Of a DNA stretch of 64,000 nt, positions 26,238-39,051 are shown piece by piece. Made by a program: the position numbers and the translations under genes. The DNA comes from Octopus bimaculoides (taxonomy: Eukaryota). The notes beneath the pieces were generated by a model. The model had not been told where the DNA came from. It made no database searches and was given only the letters and a program-made list of their open reading frames with translations. Within the stretch, counting starts at the first letter, position 1; each line of letters begins with the position of its first letter. The DNA is taken from the NCBI RefSeq assembly GCF_001194135.2, contig NC_068981.1:171247411-171311410 (forward strand). Reading direction: 5' to 3'.

Positions 26238-28799
26238 GTAGATAGATAGATTCAACACTCGAATAATTCATTATATTTACTTCTGTTTAGAAACCGGTAG
26301 GCTTAAAATGAATGCAAGAGCAATTAGCTGACGAAACTCTGGACAGCCTCCAAAAGTTAAAATATGTAAAATTAGATACGGAAAAAAATAATAGTATCAA
26401 AATTTTATTACATAACCATTCACAATGTTAAAAAAAAATCGATAACATAAAAAAATGAGCAGATGTTTATTTTTGCACAATTTCAGTTCGGCAACAACTT
26501 ATATTATATCATTGTTGTTGTTGTTGTTGTTTAGCTGATATTCCAATTTTTGTTGGTGTTGTTATTGTTATCATCATCATCATCATCATCATCAACGTCA
26601 TTATTTATATTATTTTTTATTTTAAGATTGCATTTAAGTGCAAAATATTCAGTACACTGGATCTGGTACAGCTGACTTACATTCTTTGTCACGGTGACAT
26701 ATAGTGTTGAACATTAGTTATATTCAGAGGAGAAATGCTAATCATTAAAATACTGAGTTACTATATTATGCACTGCTATTATATATAATAATAGTGTTTC
26801 AGTAATAACATTTCTTTAAAGTGAGATAGAGTGTGAGAAAGGAAAAAGAAAAGAAAGGGTGAGAGAATGGAAAAGTGCGTTTGAAAGAAGGAAGGAAGAA
26901 ATATTGATACTAAATATTGATGTGTCTTATCGTCTAATGAATAAAGTTGCAAGGTTGTGGGTAGAGCATATATTTCAAACGTTACAGCATTTTGAGTTCT
27001 ACTGAAACAATATTGCATGATGTATTCATTAATTTCATATTCTTGTTGCGCTACATCAACTGAAGGGGAAAGGACATTGTCAAAAATATTAGTTTAATAC
27101 TGTTGTAGAATTTACTACCATCAAACTCAAAGTTTTATTGATCTCTGTATTTTTTAATAGTCGATTTTCGAACAATATTTTTTGAAGTTTTCATCTGTAC
27201 ACCTATAATTCAAATTTTTGTGGCCCTTAACATTATTTTAGGTGTTCATGTTTATTGTCCTATTTGTTTTGTTGTGTTGAAAATTGCTATTTTCAATGCT
27301 GTTTCTGTTTGGGCTGATTATATTAGCAGCATATTATATTTTATTTTATTCTTTTTTCTTTCTTTGTAAATTTCTCATGCTGGGTACTAATTTATGAATT
27401 GATTTATCTGCTGCATTAAATAAAAAAAAAAGTATGTTTCTCTGAAAACAAAGTAGACTTGAAGCATATAAAAAAGTTTGTTTTGAAACAGTACCTAAAT
27501 CTTAGCAATTTATTGACTACTTTAATTTATTTTGACATTAGTTATTAATATTTGATGTAGCATTTTATCTTTTGCATATATGGCAGTCAGTATTTGCAGA
27601 TACTAGATAACTAAAATATAGACAAAATACTCTCTCCCTCTCTTAAACAGTTTATTCGACTTTAAATAACACTCAGCCTCGGCAACCTTTCAACATTGTA
27701 GTAATAAGTCATTCTTCAAAAGCTTCCGTGTAAATTTATTTATATGTCTTTTTCTAAATCGGTAATTCAAAGGCAAACAGTGTAGCGGGCTTCTGGATCG
27801 ATATCATACGAAATTCTCTAGAAATAAAGAATTATTAGACGCATGTTAAGTCACAGCAGTTAACATCTTACTTTGATTCTTTATGATTATCGTTTGCAGT
27901 TAATAAATGTGATATTGTTGTAAAATAAATCTTAAGGAGAAATAATACCGCATGAGTAAGCAATAAACTGTGCATCAAATTATAAGTGTGTAGATCATTC
28001 AATTATTTACTACCTCAAAGTCTTCATGCTTGAATTCCGAGATGAACGACCTCATTTCTCTTATATTAAATTATGTAAGTTGAATCTATATTTGATCCGT
28101 ACGGGGTGTTAAAAATAGTACGAGTCCTGGCTGTAGCTTGCAACTCTATCGCGCCATTTTTAAATACAACATTCCCGACGCTATCTCTTTTATTCTTTTT
28201 CTTTTTTTTCTTTTTTTTTTTGAGATCACAGTCCAACGATTAAAACCTGTAAAAAATAGTGAAATACTGCAATCGATTGAGTCAGCCCCATGTTAGCTCA
28301 AAATCAAACTCTGTGGCTATATGTAAGGAACATTGTCCAGATAAAACAGTCACCGGCTAATTATCAAGTTGTCCAAATTATTTACGAAGATGTTTTATAT
28401 CGCAAACGTTATTTCAATAAATCCAAATTCGAGTGTAACAGTCAATAATTTTAAAATTAATGTGTCTTTACTGGCCTTCAGATCTTTACAGTAATTGAAT
28501 GTTATTCTTTCTTGTATATATTTAGTGGGTACAACTAGCAGAGAGACCACCCTCCATGTAGTTTTCTGCTAGTCACTATATAATGGTAATACAAGGAAAT
28601 AATGCTTATCGCCACTTCAACATGGGTAATACAAGGAAATAATGCTTATCGCCACTTCAACATGGATCTTCGTTGTAACCGACATTATTAGCATTTTAAC
28701 ACTAGGGGGACCCTCCTCCAGCTGGTTATTCAGTGCAGTCTGCACACGGTATATATTGTAGGCAGGGAAGTGAATCCCTACCATCTTCCAGTGATGGGA

Positions 28800-28848
28800 C
28801 CACCAAACCGTACGCTTTCGAGCTATCTGTACTCATCCTCAATGTTGG
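28800..28848 (-). ncRNA. Minimal type I hammerhead ribozyme motif (degenerate, C3>U)
   Basis: CCAACA-TTGAGGA-T-GAGT-ACAGATA-GCTC-GAAA-GCGTACGG-TT-TGGTGG. Confidence 0.65.
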
Positions 28849-29038
28849 ATATTTGTCCGCTAGCAGTAGTTCGCTCCAGCTCGTAATATATAGAAAATAA
28901 GTGGCAACCAATCACTGATATTGCAACAAGCAAATTAGTTAGTTAGAAAATCACTACTATAAGAGACAAAAGCAGTAACTATACTGAGAAGTAATGTTTA
29001 TCGCCAGCGAAATACTCCTATCTCTAGCGGACCAGTAT

Positions 29039-29087
29039 CCACCACTGAGAATGAGCACAAATAGCTCGAAACCGTACGGTCTGATGG
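29039..29087 (+). ncRNA. Minimal type I hammerhead ribozyme motif (degenerate, G8>A)
   Basis: CCACCA-CTGAGAA-T-GAGC-ACAAATA-GCTC-GAAA-CCGTACGG-TC-TGATGG; stem II GAGC/GCTC, palindromic stem III ACCGTACGGT, GTC cleavage triplet. Confidence 0.7.
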
Positions 29088-31036
29088 TCCAGTCGCTGGG
29101 ATGGTGGGTTCGCTCCCCTGCTTGCATTATATATCGGGTGCAGATTGCAACGAATAATCAACTAGAGGAGATGTCCTCCTGGGGTTAAAATGGTTGTAAC
29201 ATCGGATCCTAGAGAACAGCCATGTTGAAGTGGCGATAAACACTACTTCTCAGTATAGTTACTGCTTTCATCTTTTGTAGAGATTTTCTAAATGTTAATA
29301 CATTCGATTCTCATTTTGTGTAATTTTTCTAATATTTTATGCCTAATTTTTCTTTGAATAATTTAGTCGTCTCTTATATGTACTCTCTCTGCAAATGAAT
29401 TCAGAATAATTCCAAGCACTCAAAGACAGCGTTAGAATTTATGAAGAAATTGGAAAGCAAATGTATATTTGATACAAATGACCTGAGTAAATGAAATTTA
29501 CTTTTGGCATTTAGAGTTGTATTTCTTCAGCGACACCCAAGAAATACGAAACGATAGTGAAATTACACACTTTGGTTGACAATGGATTAAACTTGCAATG
29601 AAGAGAAGTGTTTTTACTGATAGTCAGTAAAACGTAGTGTTGTAGTTGTTTAGGCAACGTTTAGATTTCCAGAATTATAAGGAGAAACGTTAAAAAACCC
29701 ATCACACAGAGTAAGATGACTATGTCGCAGTGAATAAAGCTTATATTCCTGATTGAATCGTATAGTGGAAATCTTTGATTATAAAAGATATTTGTAAACG
29801 TTCCCTTTTGCTAAAAAAAATATACGAAAGGTGGATTTTATAAGTATTTTCTGGACAATGTAGACTTTAATAATTGGTTTTCTTTAATAAAAGCTATTCA
29901 CTTCAAAACTTATTAATAAGCAGCGTCCGTTATTATCAGATAACATGAGATTCAGTAATCGTCAAACTAAAATATGGATATTTCAGGCACTGTCCTTCTT
30001 CGGTGTTGTTATTAATGAAAGACAGAGTTATAAACGTGAGCAACAAAACTTGTGCATCATTGCAATTCGAAATGCTATGTATTTGGAAACACTTTACCCA
30101 AGAATAACACTACTAAATTTATACTAAAAATAGATTTTATACTTTCACTATGAATTTTAGTTTCATGACAAGATATAATATTTAGTAAGTTTATCAAGAA
30201 GGATAATCACAATCAAGAACTTTCCCAGATAGTTAGACTGTTCATCGGTCCATCAATATTTAGAGAAAACACAAGGGTAATGACGAGCAGGCAGTTTGAT
30301 CTGATTCCTTGAAATAGACTATACTCCACTAATGATAATTACTGAAACTTAATGACAGTACGAAATATAACACCATTTTAAACCTACTAACAGAACACAC
30401 GCGTGAGCAGCGTTGTACCGAGGTAATATCCGACTGAAATGAATCCTTTTCATTTATTCACTTACACGCTGTGTCAATTTTATATCTGCTATATCACTAA
30501 TGTTCTATAGAAAGATCATAAAAGTACAATTTAAGTTTCCATCTTAGAAGAAAACTTTGAAGAAAACTATATAAGAAATCAATAATACCAAGGAAAAAGA
30601 TTTTGTGAGAAAATGATATTCTAAGCTATGAATAATACAAATATATGTTAAATGTGAACTGAAATATTTGAGGTATATCCTTTGTTTATAAATGAACATA
30701 CTCAAAAGATTGGGAATTATAACAATATGTAATATAGGCACATATGAATAAATGAATACGTATACATATATACATACATACTTGCATTCATACATACATA
30801 TTTGGATACATACATACATGCATGCAGGCGTGCATGCATACATACACACATAAAAAAATGTGTGTGTGTATGTCTGTGTCTGTGTGTCTGTGCGTGTGTG
30901 CATGTCTATGTATAATATGCGTGCATACAAACATACCCATTCATATGTACATACATATAAAAGTATACGATAAGCGATGCTCTTGAAATCTTGAAGCATT
31001 TGAGTTAGTATAGGCACGATGAAAGTTAGTAAGATA

Positions 31037-31038
31037 GC

Positions 31039-31105
<67 letters not shown>
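31037..31105. repeat. (ATT)n microsatellite
   Basis: Directly visible. Confidence 0.97.
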
Positions 31106-31107
<2 letters not shown>

Positions 31108-31898
31108 CTTCATATATTACTATTCATGGAATATCAATTTCTCGAGTATATTTTCTGAAAAAGTCGTAGGACTGGAGGAGTTGGAAAGTTTCTATTTTTC
31201 AAAATATTAGTCAAGAGGCATATTTTCACGAGTGTACATTTGAGATAATCAGGACTGTTGCAAACGTGATTGATCGAAGTCTCAAACTGTTGTCAATGTA
31301 AAATTCCTTTGTTCATTCCTGGAGAAAGAATATTGAAGATAACAGATCATTTTGGATCAGGGAAACAGCCTGTCAATACCGACAGTGATGAATTTGTCAG
31401 TGAGAAAATTTCACATCCTGGTACGAAATCAGCTTTGCTTGCTGTAACACTGTTACGTCAATCAAACGACAGAATACCTTTTGTCCTGCAGAGACTATGT
31501 TTGAAAATATAAGAATAGGAGAACATTAGGTTAATGTATATAACGACTTCTAAGAACGGTATATAGAGGTTCCCTATGGATTTCGCCGGCGTTTTCTATT
31601 TAATGTAAATGTAATACAGGATAAGTATACAAAACAAACGTAGAGTTGGTTTCATCGTGCATCAAAATGTTTTTTATTCAATTTTCTCCCGTTCTTTTAT
31701 CGAAACATAGCAAATATATTCATGATAAACAAAGTTAGTTTTCAGTGACACTAATGGTAACCACCTGTTTTACGCTAAAATTTCTCTAAGTTTGACCTTT
31801 AAACAACGGAAATGGGGTAAAAGATGTTCGAGTGAATTCTTCTGGTGATATATAAGTATAAATGTAAGCCTAAATGCAAGCATAGTCACACATACAAG

Positions 31899-31930
<32 letters not shown>

Positions 31931-32049
31931 TTTTTCTTTATACACATATCTATCTACACATACACACACACTTACATAATATATATATATATATATGTGT
32001 GTGTATGTATATTCGGTTATTCGACATAACAGTGCATTGCTTAGGCTGA

Positions 32050-33010
32050 GCACAAGTGCGTACACAGCAGTCTCTTCGCTCTACATGCATCTCGAGCTGT
32101 CTCGTCTTCTGTAGTGAGACGAGTCCTCTTCAGTAGCAGTGTTCGACCAGATATTTCTGAAATTATCCACGTAGTGCCCGGCCCCAATGTCCTCTCCAAC
32201 CGACCATGTCATTCATCCTCGTCGAAACCAAATAGTTACTGTGTGGATGTAACTGTTCCTTCCCACTCACGTGTTCTTTATATGTCGGTGAAGCTGAACT
32301 TCAATCGATCGCATTTCTTAACAGGTCAAAGGTGGTTAGCTTCAAACAACATTTCAGATTGTAGCCTCCTATTTTTGTCTGTTTTAACCTTGGACTCCAA
32401 GTTCATCAAAATACTAATTCTCTTCACTGTCAACGAATTAGAGGAAGCGGGACAGTCTCAGCAGGTGTGTGTGATTTGGCAACTATAGCATGCTCGAACA
32501 CTTTGCAATGAGCCCTGGCAAAAGATAAACAAAAGTTGACCGGAGGTTTTAGTTCCGTCCACTACAAACAGAAATGTCATGATCTAAGGAAGCTACAGTA
32601 ATCAAACAGAAATATCATCATCTGAGGAAGCAACAGTAAGCAAACAGAAAATATGACGGATGCGATATAGGCATTCGCCATTTCAGCTCGAGCTTCCAGG
32701 AATAGTTTCTTCTGAGCTCATTTCTAAGTGAGACCGTCCAAGCTGCTCATAATTCATCCCAGTTCCTGACGACTTCGAGGTTCAGATCGAACAGCACAAT
32801 GTAGAGTTTAACTAGCTCCACTATCCAGTTCCCACGACAGTGTCCAACATCATATACTTGTCCTTTCAAACACCTAACGATTCTTCCGGATTTATATTCG
32901 TTCCTACCATCGATTCATATTTCGTTTAAATGGTATAGACCACTGAAGCATCCTTAGCTTTCAGCAGTTGATTTTCATTAAATAAGATCCATTCCAATGT
33001 GTTTCATGGA
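32050..33010 (-). mobile_element. Tx1/L1-clade LINE ORF2 remnant (RT C-terminal half)
   Basis: Minus-strand pieces YESMVGTNINPEESLGV, KKLFLEARAEMANAYIASVIF, GFDEDE and TEDETA match Tx1 ORF2 segments after the YADD motif; an internal ~38-bp degenerate tandem duplication lies at ~32560-32650. Confidence 0.7.
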
Positions 33011-33748
33011 CATTGTCCTGAAATTTCGATTCCCTATAACACATTGCTCTTTTTAATTTAAGTCTGAACCAAAGGGATTTAGTGTTTACTAAATATTTAG
33101 CTCATCTCATCTCGATACCATATCGTGCAATTCATTACACTGCGTGTGCAATTACGTTACTTAGTCCGCCAGTTACGCTCTCACGGCATTAGAGAAAAAG
33201 AGGGAGAAAGAAAAGAGGGATAGAGAAAAAGAGGATAAGGCGAAGAGTGAGGCAGAAAGAGAGAAAGAAAAAGGAGAGAGAAAAGACGGAGAAAGAAAAG
33301 TCCATAACATGTGGTAGGAGGAACGTAACATTTATTACGCGGTTAAAAAATTAGTTGAGGGTGGTTACATTGCGGAGAGTTAGAGATATAATTTTAGCAC
33401 AGGGGTGATTTCTGATGGTGAGATTAAAGAAAGGCACAGAGAGAGAGGCGAGAGAGAGAAAGAGTGAGAGGAGAGAGAGAGAAAGACAGAGAGAGAATGA
33501 TGATGGTAGTGGTGATGGTGGTGGAGGTGGCAATGGTGAGTGCGTAGTGGAAAGTAACTTATTTTTAAGTGTACTGTTTATATTCCAACGATGGTTTTTG
33601 CATCTTTGTTAAAAACTAGATCCATATATATGCATAGATATATAGATACAAAAAGAAATATAAATGCATACACGCATACATATATGCTTCATATATACTT
33701 TCATATATTTGTGAATACGTTTCTGTGTTTCAATATGAATATACGTAA

Positions 33749-33751
<3 letters not shown>

Positions 33752-33840
<89 letters not shown>
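33752..33840. repeat. (TA)n microsatellite
   Basis: Directly visible. Confidence 0.97.
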
Positions 33841-33844
<4 letters not shown>

Positions 33845-34767
33845 GCGTATCGAATTATTTGGATTTTCAAACGAGAGATACGTATTCAATGTCACCAGTA
33901 GTATAATCCTTTATTCACTTATTCGTAGTTGAGCTTTCAGCCTATCATTATATATTTTGCATATTTATATGTACAACCTAACGTCTGTAGGTAACTATAT
34001 ATACATACTACACGCACTTATGAATGTGTACATATAGAAACATACACAATGTTGCATGCAAACGTACAAGCTTGTATGTCTACATACAAATACGTAAAAT
34101 GTGTACCTATGTGTGTGTATGTATATATGTATACAATCGTAGTGAGCATTAGTGCTTTTGTGTGTATTGCGTAACGATATATAAATTTATTCATGTGTGT
34201 ACCATTTGAAAGGCATAAAAAATTACTGGTGATCCACACGACCTGCGGCTAATCCTTATAAATATGGGAGGAAAACATGCAAATGATCTCGAATATTTAC
34301 GCTTCATCACACACATTCTCACATTCATCGTCAATATCCCTTTCAAATATTTTCATGTCAGAAGCAAGTGTAGAGTCATTTCTTATCTCTGCTTTATGTA
34401 TAGTTGAGTGAATAAGAGATAATTCTGTCATGAATATGACACTAATACGTCACCGATAGATTTCCATGCGTAAATAATTGGGATCTACATTGAAACCGAA
34501 AAAATACTCGTCAGTTCGTAAGTCCTAGTACAGATAACAACTGCGCATTTTGCCATATACAACATATAATTAAACGGAAATAGACCTGGACAATGGTACT
34601 CTTCTACTTACACACGCTTGTGCACACACGCTTGTGTGCACACACAGACGCACACACACAGACGCACACACACAGACGCACACACACAGACGCACACACA
34701 CACACACACACATGTACACATACATACATGTACATACGTACAGATACACGCACACATAAACACACAG

Positions 34768-34950
34768 AGGATTGGCAGAGCGTCAACCAAATAGCCTTCC
34801 ATCATTTCGTCCGGCTCATTACGTTGTGAGTTACTCACGCTGAGGTCATTTTGTCTTTCATCCCTCCAGGGCCGATAAAAAAAAGTATCAGTCAGGTGCT
34901 GCTATCAATGGTATTGGCTATCACTCCCCTCAATAATCCTGGCCTTATTT
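34768..34950 (+). mobile_element. SINE family A copy (old)
   Basis: TTGGCAGAGCG...CATTTCGTCCG...GCTGAGGTCATTTTGTCTTTCATCC...GATAAAA..AGTATCAGTC is colinear with other copies. Confidence 0.6.
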
Positions 34951-37559
34951 CTTTCTTATATTAATTTACATAGGCTTATGTTCCTGCCTACAAGTTGTCT
35001 CTTTGGCTTCAGTACCATGTCAAACTATTTTCCATGGTGTTGCGAATCTTTCTTATAAATTTGTAGTTGTTGCAAACTATCTAAATTTACTCACTCGGTC
35101 GGTCTGTGAGGAAGAGCGTGCAACATAGGCATTTTCAGAACCCTGAAAACGACGGAAATCAGAAACCTGTATAGGATATACAATAACAGAGGACAGATAT
35201 CACTGTAAAGAAAATGTGTGGACTGGGTTTAGAGAGGAAGAGTAAACGACCTAATAATAAAGGACAAGTAAATTCGGTATACTTTCGTGGAAGTAGAATG
35301 AACTTCTAAATCCACTGAACAGAATACGCTGTAGTTTCGGTAGAAATTTTTGGTAAGACGAAAATGCAGTGTATATTCCAGGGGATGGATTATATTTATG
35401 AGCAATTCCGTGCCAAATCAATCGAGTGGCCTTTGTTTGCATGCCAGTCTAAGGTGCTTAAATGTGATGTAGCATCACTGTCACAGAGGTGTGTAGAGAA
35501 ATTTACTTTTCAGGCTTATTTCATTTGTATGAAGGACGAGTCAGTACAAGAGGGGAAATAATTTTTACCGCTGAAGATGAAGTCCAGTATTTTATTATGC
35601 AGTCTTAGTTATGATGTTTGTTTCTGCATTTTATCCACACATTCTGAATATCTTTATTTCCAGTTATTTATATTAGAATTTTTTTTTTTCATTTCCGATA
35701 GATATATATTTTTGTCATTCAATTTGATGCATCGATTAGACGTTTATTTCCTGATTGTATTTCACAATAATGTTCTGGAACTTTTCCTAATCTCCCTGAC
35801 TACGTAAAGCAGCATATTCCAGTGTATTGCTCCTTTTACATTCTTTGAAACATTTTCTGCTGTAGGTATCATGTCAGTTATGTATGTGTGTATGTGTATG
35901 TGGGTATGAGAGAGAGAGAGAGTGAGAGAGAGAGTGAGAGAGAGAGAGAGAGTATGTTTGTGTGTATATGTGTATATACCTGTATATATATATATGTATA
36001 TAAATATTTATATACATATGTATATATGAATATACATATATATGTGTGTGTATATATATTTATATATATATATACATACATATATACATATGTATATACA
36101 CACATACATACAAACATATACACAATGTATATATGCATGCCACAATGATAGCATTGTTTCCAACTAAAGCTCTAATTCGGTCATGTCTGTATACAAACTT
36201 ATTTTAGGTTAAAATCAATCAACCGGAAATAAATTTATTGGTTGCTTCACAATTTCTGTCTTCTACTGTTACTTTTTCCTCTTACCTTCCTAAAATGCTA
36301 TTTTGTGCGTCTTTTTTCTGTGAGCGGAAAGCGGTAGGATTCTGGTTTCAGATTCTAGTTCTATGCTTTTCAGAACTTTAGCTGCCCACATTGTGGCTAT
36401 TTAATTTTAATACCCATTTTGACTCAACACGTGATGGTCGGATCTATTTAGTTTTAGTTGGACCGTCCACCTCTTTAACGTGATGAACTAGCCTAGCGTC
36501 TGCTCATCAGCTATAAAATGGGAAGTGTTGGTCTGCTAAGTCCCCAGGGAGGAGAAATTTGCTACGAGCGACCTGGGACCTTGATGTGAGAACAGTTCGA
36601 TTTCACTTAGCGGTTTTCAGCTTGAACAAAATTCAAATCAGAATCCTTGACGTTATGCCTCGAGTCTTACCGACATTTGAATAGAATTTTCAGAATTCTT
36701 GTCATGCTGTACTTCAGATTTTTCAAACTGTTTTATCTTCATTTTTATGAGCATTTGAAACTATACAATGTATTGACAATTATTAACGTCCTACCAGTTT
36801 GCTGTATCAATTTTTAGCATTAGTAATAAATATTTACGTGCGGTCAGTTGCAACTTGTCATCGAATTTGTTATCTAATATCTATTCTGACGTCTTTTAAC
36901 AGAAGCCATAATATATCAAACTTTACGCCGCAATTGATACAACCACATTCATACTTATTGCTAAAGACTTATTGCAAATTGGTCATGATTGGTCTTTTTT
37001 TTTAATCCATTTCATACATGGCTTTTTTAATCTAGTTTAGCTTTTAGTTCTTTCTGTATCCGTTTCAGTGTTGTATGTTATTTCATGTTATATGATTTAT
37101 ATTTGTTGACCTTATTAAGAAAATAGATTTTCTTTGTTTCTTTGTCTTTCTTATGTTATTGCATTTTGTTGCTTAGTTGGACATTCATTAAGAAAATCTA
37201 TGATCATAGGCAGAGCATCTTTTGATCATAGATTGAAGATAGTCATCTAGGACTACATTAACCAGTATGTCCTTCCGAGTTTAAGACGAATTCTCCGTTG
37301 TTATTTCTAGCAACTCGATCAAAGACAGAGCAGCTCTGATTGAATTATTTTCTCATAGTATACAGATACAGATGTCAGGCTCTTATTTTTGACTATTCTT
37401 GAACGAAGACCTCAGTTTCTTGAAAATGATTAGCTGTGAAAATACAGAAAGAGATAACAATCTCTCCCCGCCCAGGAATTACCACAAATACCGTAGCCTT
37501 TTCAAAGAGCAATGTAAAAAAGTTGAACTGTCTGAGCCGAGTCTCAATTGCCAGCTGAC

Positions 37560-37756
37560 TATATCATTAGCACGCCGGACGAAATGCTTACCGACATTTC
37601 ATATGTCTTTACGCTTTGAGCTCAAATTCCGCCGAGGTCAACTTTGCCTCTCTTTCTTTCACGGAATATAAAATATTCATCAATTGAAGACTGGCATCTA
37701 TGTAATCGACTTTCCATCGCTCCAAAAGTTCTAGCTCTTGAACCTATAATAGAAAT
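37560..37756 (+). mobile_element. SINE family A copy
   Basis: TTAGCACGCCGGACGAAATGCTT...CTCAAATTCCGCCGAGGTCAACTTTGCC...tail AATAGAAATGATTATT. Confidence 0.85.
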
Positions 37757-38635
37757 GATTATTATTACCTCAAGGTGGAGAAATGTTTTCAGTCGTGCTT
37801 TTTTGATTGTCTGTGGACAAGATATCTCAAGAACCCCTGGATAGATTCGGATGAAACTATCAGGGATTTTTGGCCTCATGACTGGCACGATCTGGTTAGA
37901 TTTTGGGATCAAGGATTCTGGATTATTTGTTATATTTCATTTACATGATTACGCTCTTTCGTTGACTTTCAAGTCTTTCTCAATTATCTCCCTTTAGGCT
38001 GTTTTCAAAGTTTTATTCTCGTTTCTCTATTATTAATTTTACTCGCGTCTCTATCTTAGTAGAAACTGATGGATAAAGAAATCAAACTACATAAAAAACG
38101 GCACCAAGACCCTTCAGAAATTAAATAACACTAACATTTTTTTAATATATATAATATAGATTATACATACACATTAACACTTTACAGTATACTTACATAT
38201 ATATACATACATCTATACATCGATCTAAAACAACAGGAATACTAAAGAAAAGCCAGAATTTAAGAGAAGAGAAAACCAAAAGGTCTCATGCTATTCATTT
38301 AAAAATTCCTAAGTAGAACTTATTTCCTCCGTCTTTGAAACTATTTTGAATAGTGAATTTGTTAACTTTGGCTTGTATTAGAGAAGGATAAGCTATTTAT
38401 TATTGTTGCTAAATTTTCTACAGCCTCCTTCACACTCCATGACTACCATTGGGAACGATCAGGACTGGACAAGGATTCTGGACTATTTTTNNNNNNNNNN
38501 NNNNNNNNNNNNNNNNNNNNNNNNNNNNNNNNNNNNNNNNNNNNNNNNNNNNNNNNNNNNNNNNNNNNNNNNNNNNNNNNNNNNNNNNNNNNNNNNNNNN
38601 NNNNNNNNNNNNNNNNNNNNNNNNNNNATAAAGTT

Positions 38636-38639
<4 letters not shown>

Positions 38640-38690
<51 letters not shown>

Positions 38691-38719
38691 TGATGATGAT
38701 GATGATGATGATGATTATG

Positions 38720-38765
<46 letters not shown>
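38640..38765. repeat. (AAT)n-(GAT)n-(ATT)n microsatellite
   Basis: Directly visible. Confidence 0.95.
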
Positions 38766-38766
<1 letters not shown>

Positions 38767-38769
38767 GAG

Positions 38770-38980
38770 CGCGGCGAGGTGGCAGAATAATTAGCACTCC
38801 TGACAAAATAATTAGTAGAATTTTATCCTTATTAAGGTATTGAGTTCAAACTCAGCTGTGGTCGACCTTGTTTTTTATCTTTTTGAGATCGATAAATAAG
38901 TAATAGTCAAGTACTGTGATTGATGTTGTCAGCTATTCCCCGGTCCAAAATTTCAGACCTTGTGTCTATAGTAGAAAGGA
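38770..38980 (+). mobile_element. SINE family A copy (tail type i)
   Basis: GCGGCGAGGTGGCAGAAT...GAGTTCAAACTC...CCAAAATTTCAGACCTTGTGTCTATAGTAGAAAGGATTATT. Confidence 0.85.
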
Positions 38981-39017
38981 TTATTATTTTATTGCCATCA
39001 TTTTTCATCGACGACGA

Positions 39018-39051
<34 letters not shown>

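Larger units (their letters stand above)
28645..29268. mobile_element. Penelope-like element terminal-repeat remnants in inverted orientation
   Basis: 28645-28863 is the diverged reverse complement of 29025-29241; each arm contains a hammerhead motif. A 36-bp inverted repeat (28971-29006 / 29231-29266) has 1 mismatch. Confidence 0.7.

Noticed and set aside
28585-28664. 40-bp direct repeat as a CRISPR-like array
   Set aside because: Only two adjacent copies with no spacer, in a eukaryotic context.
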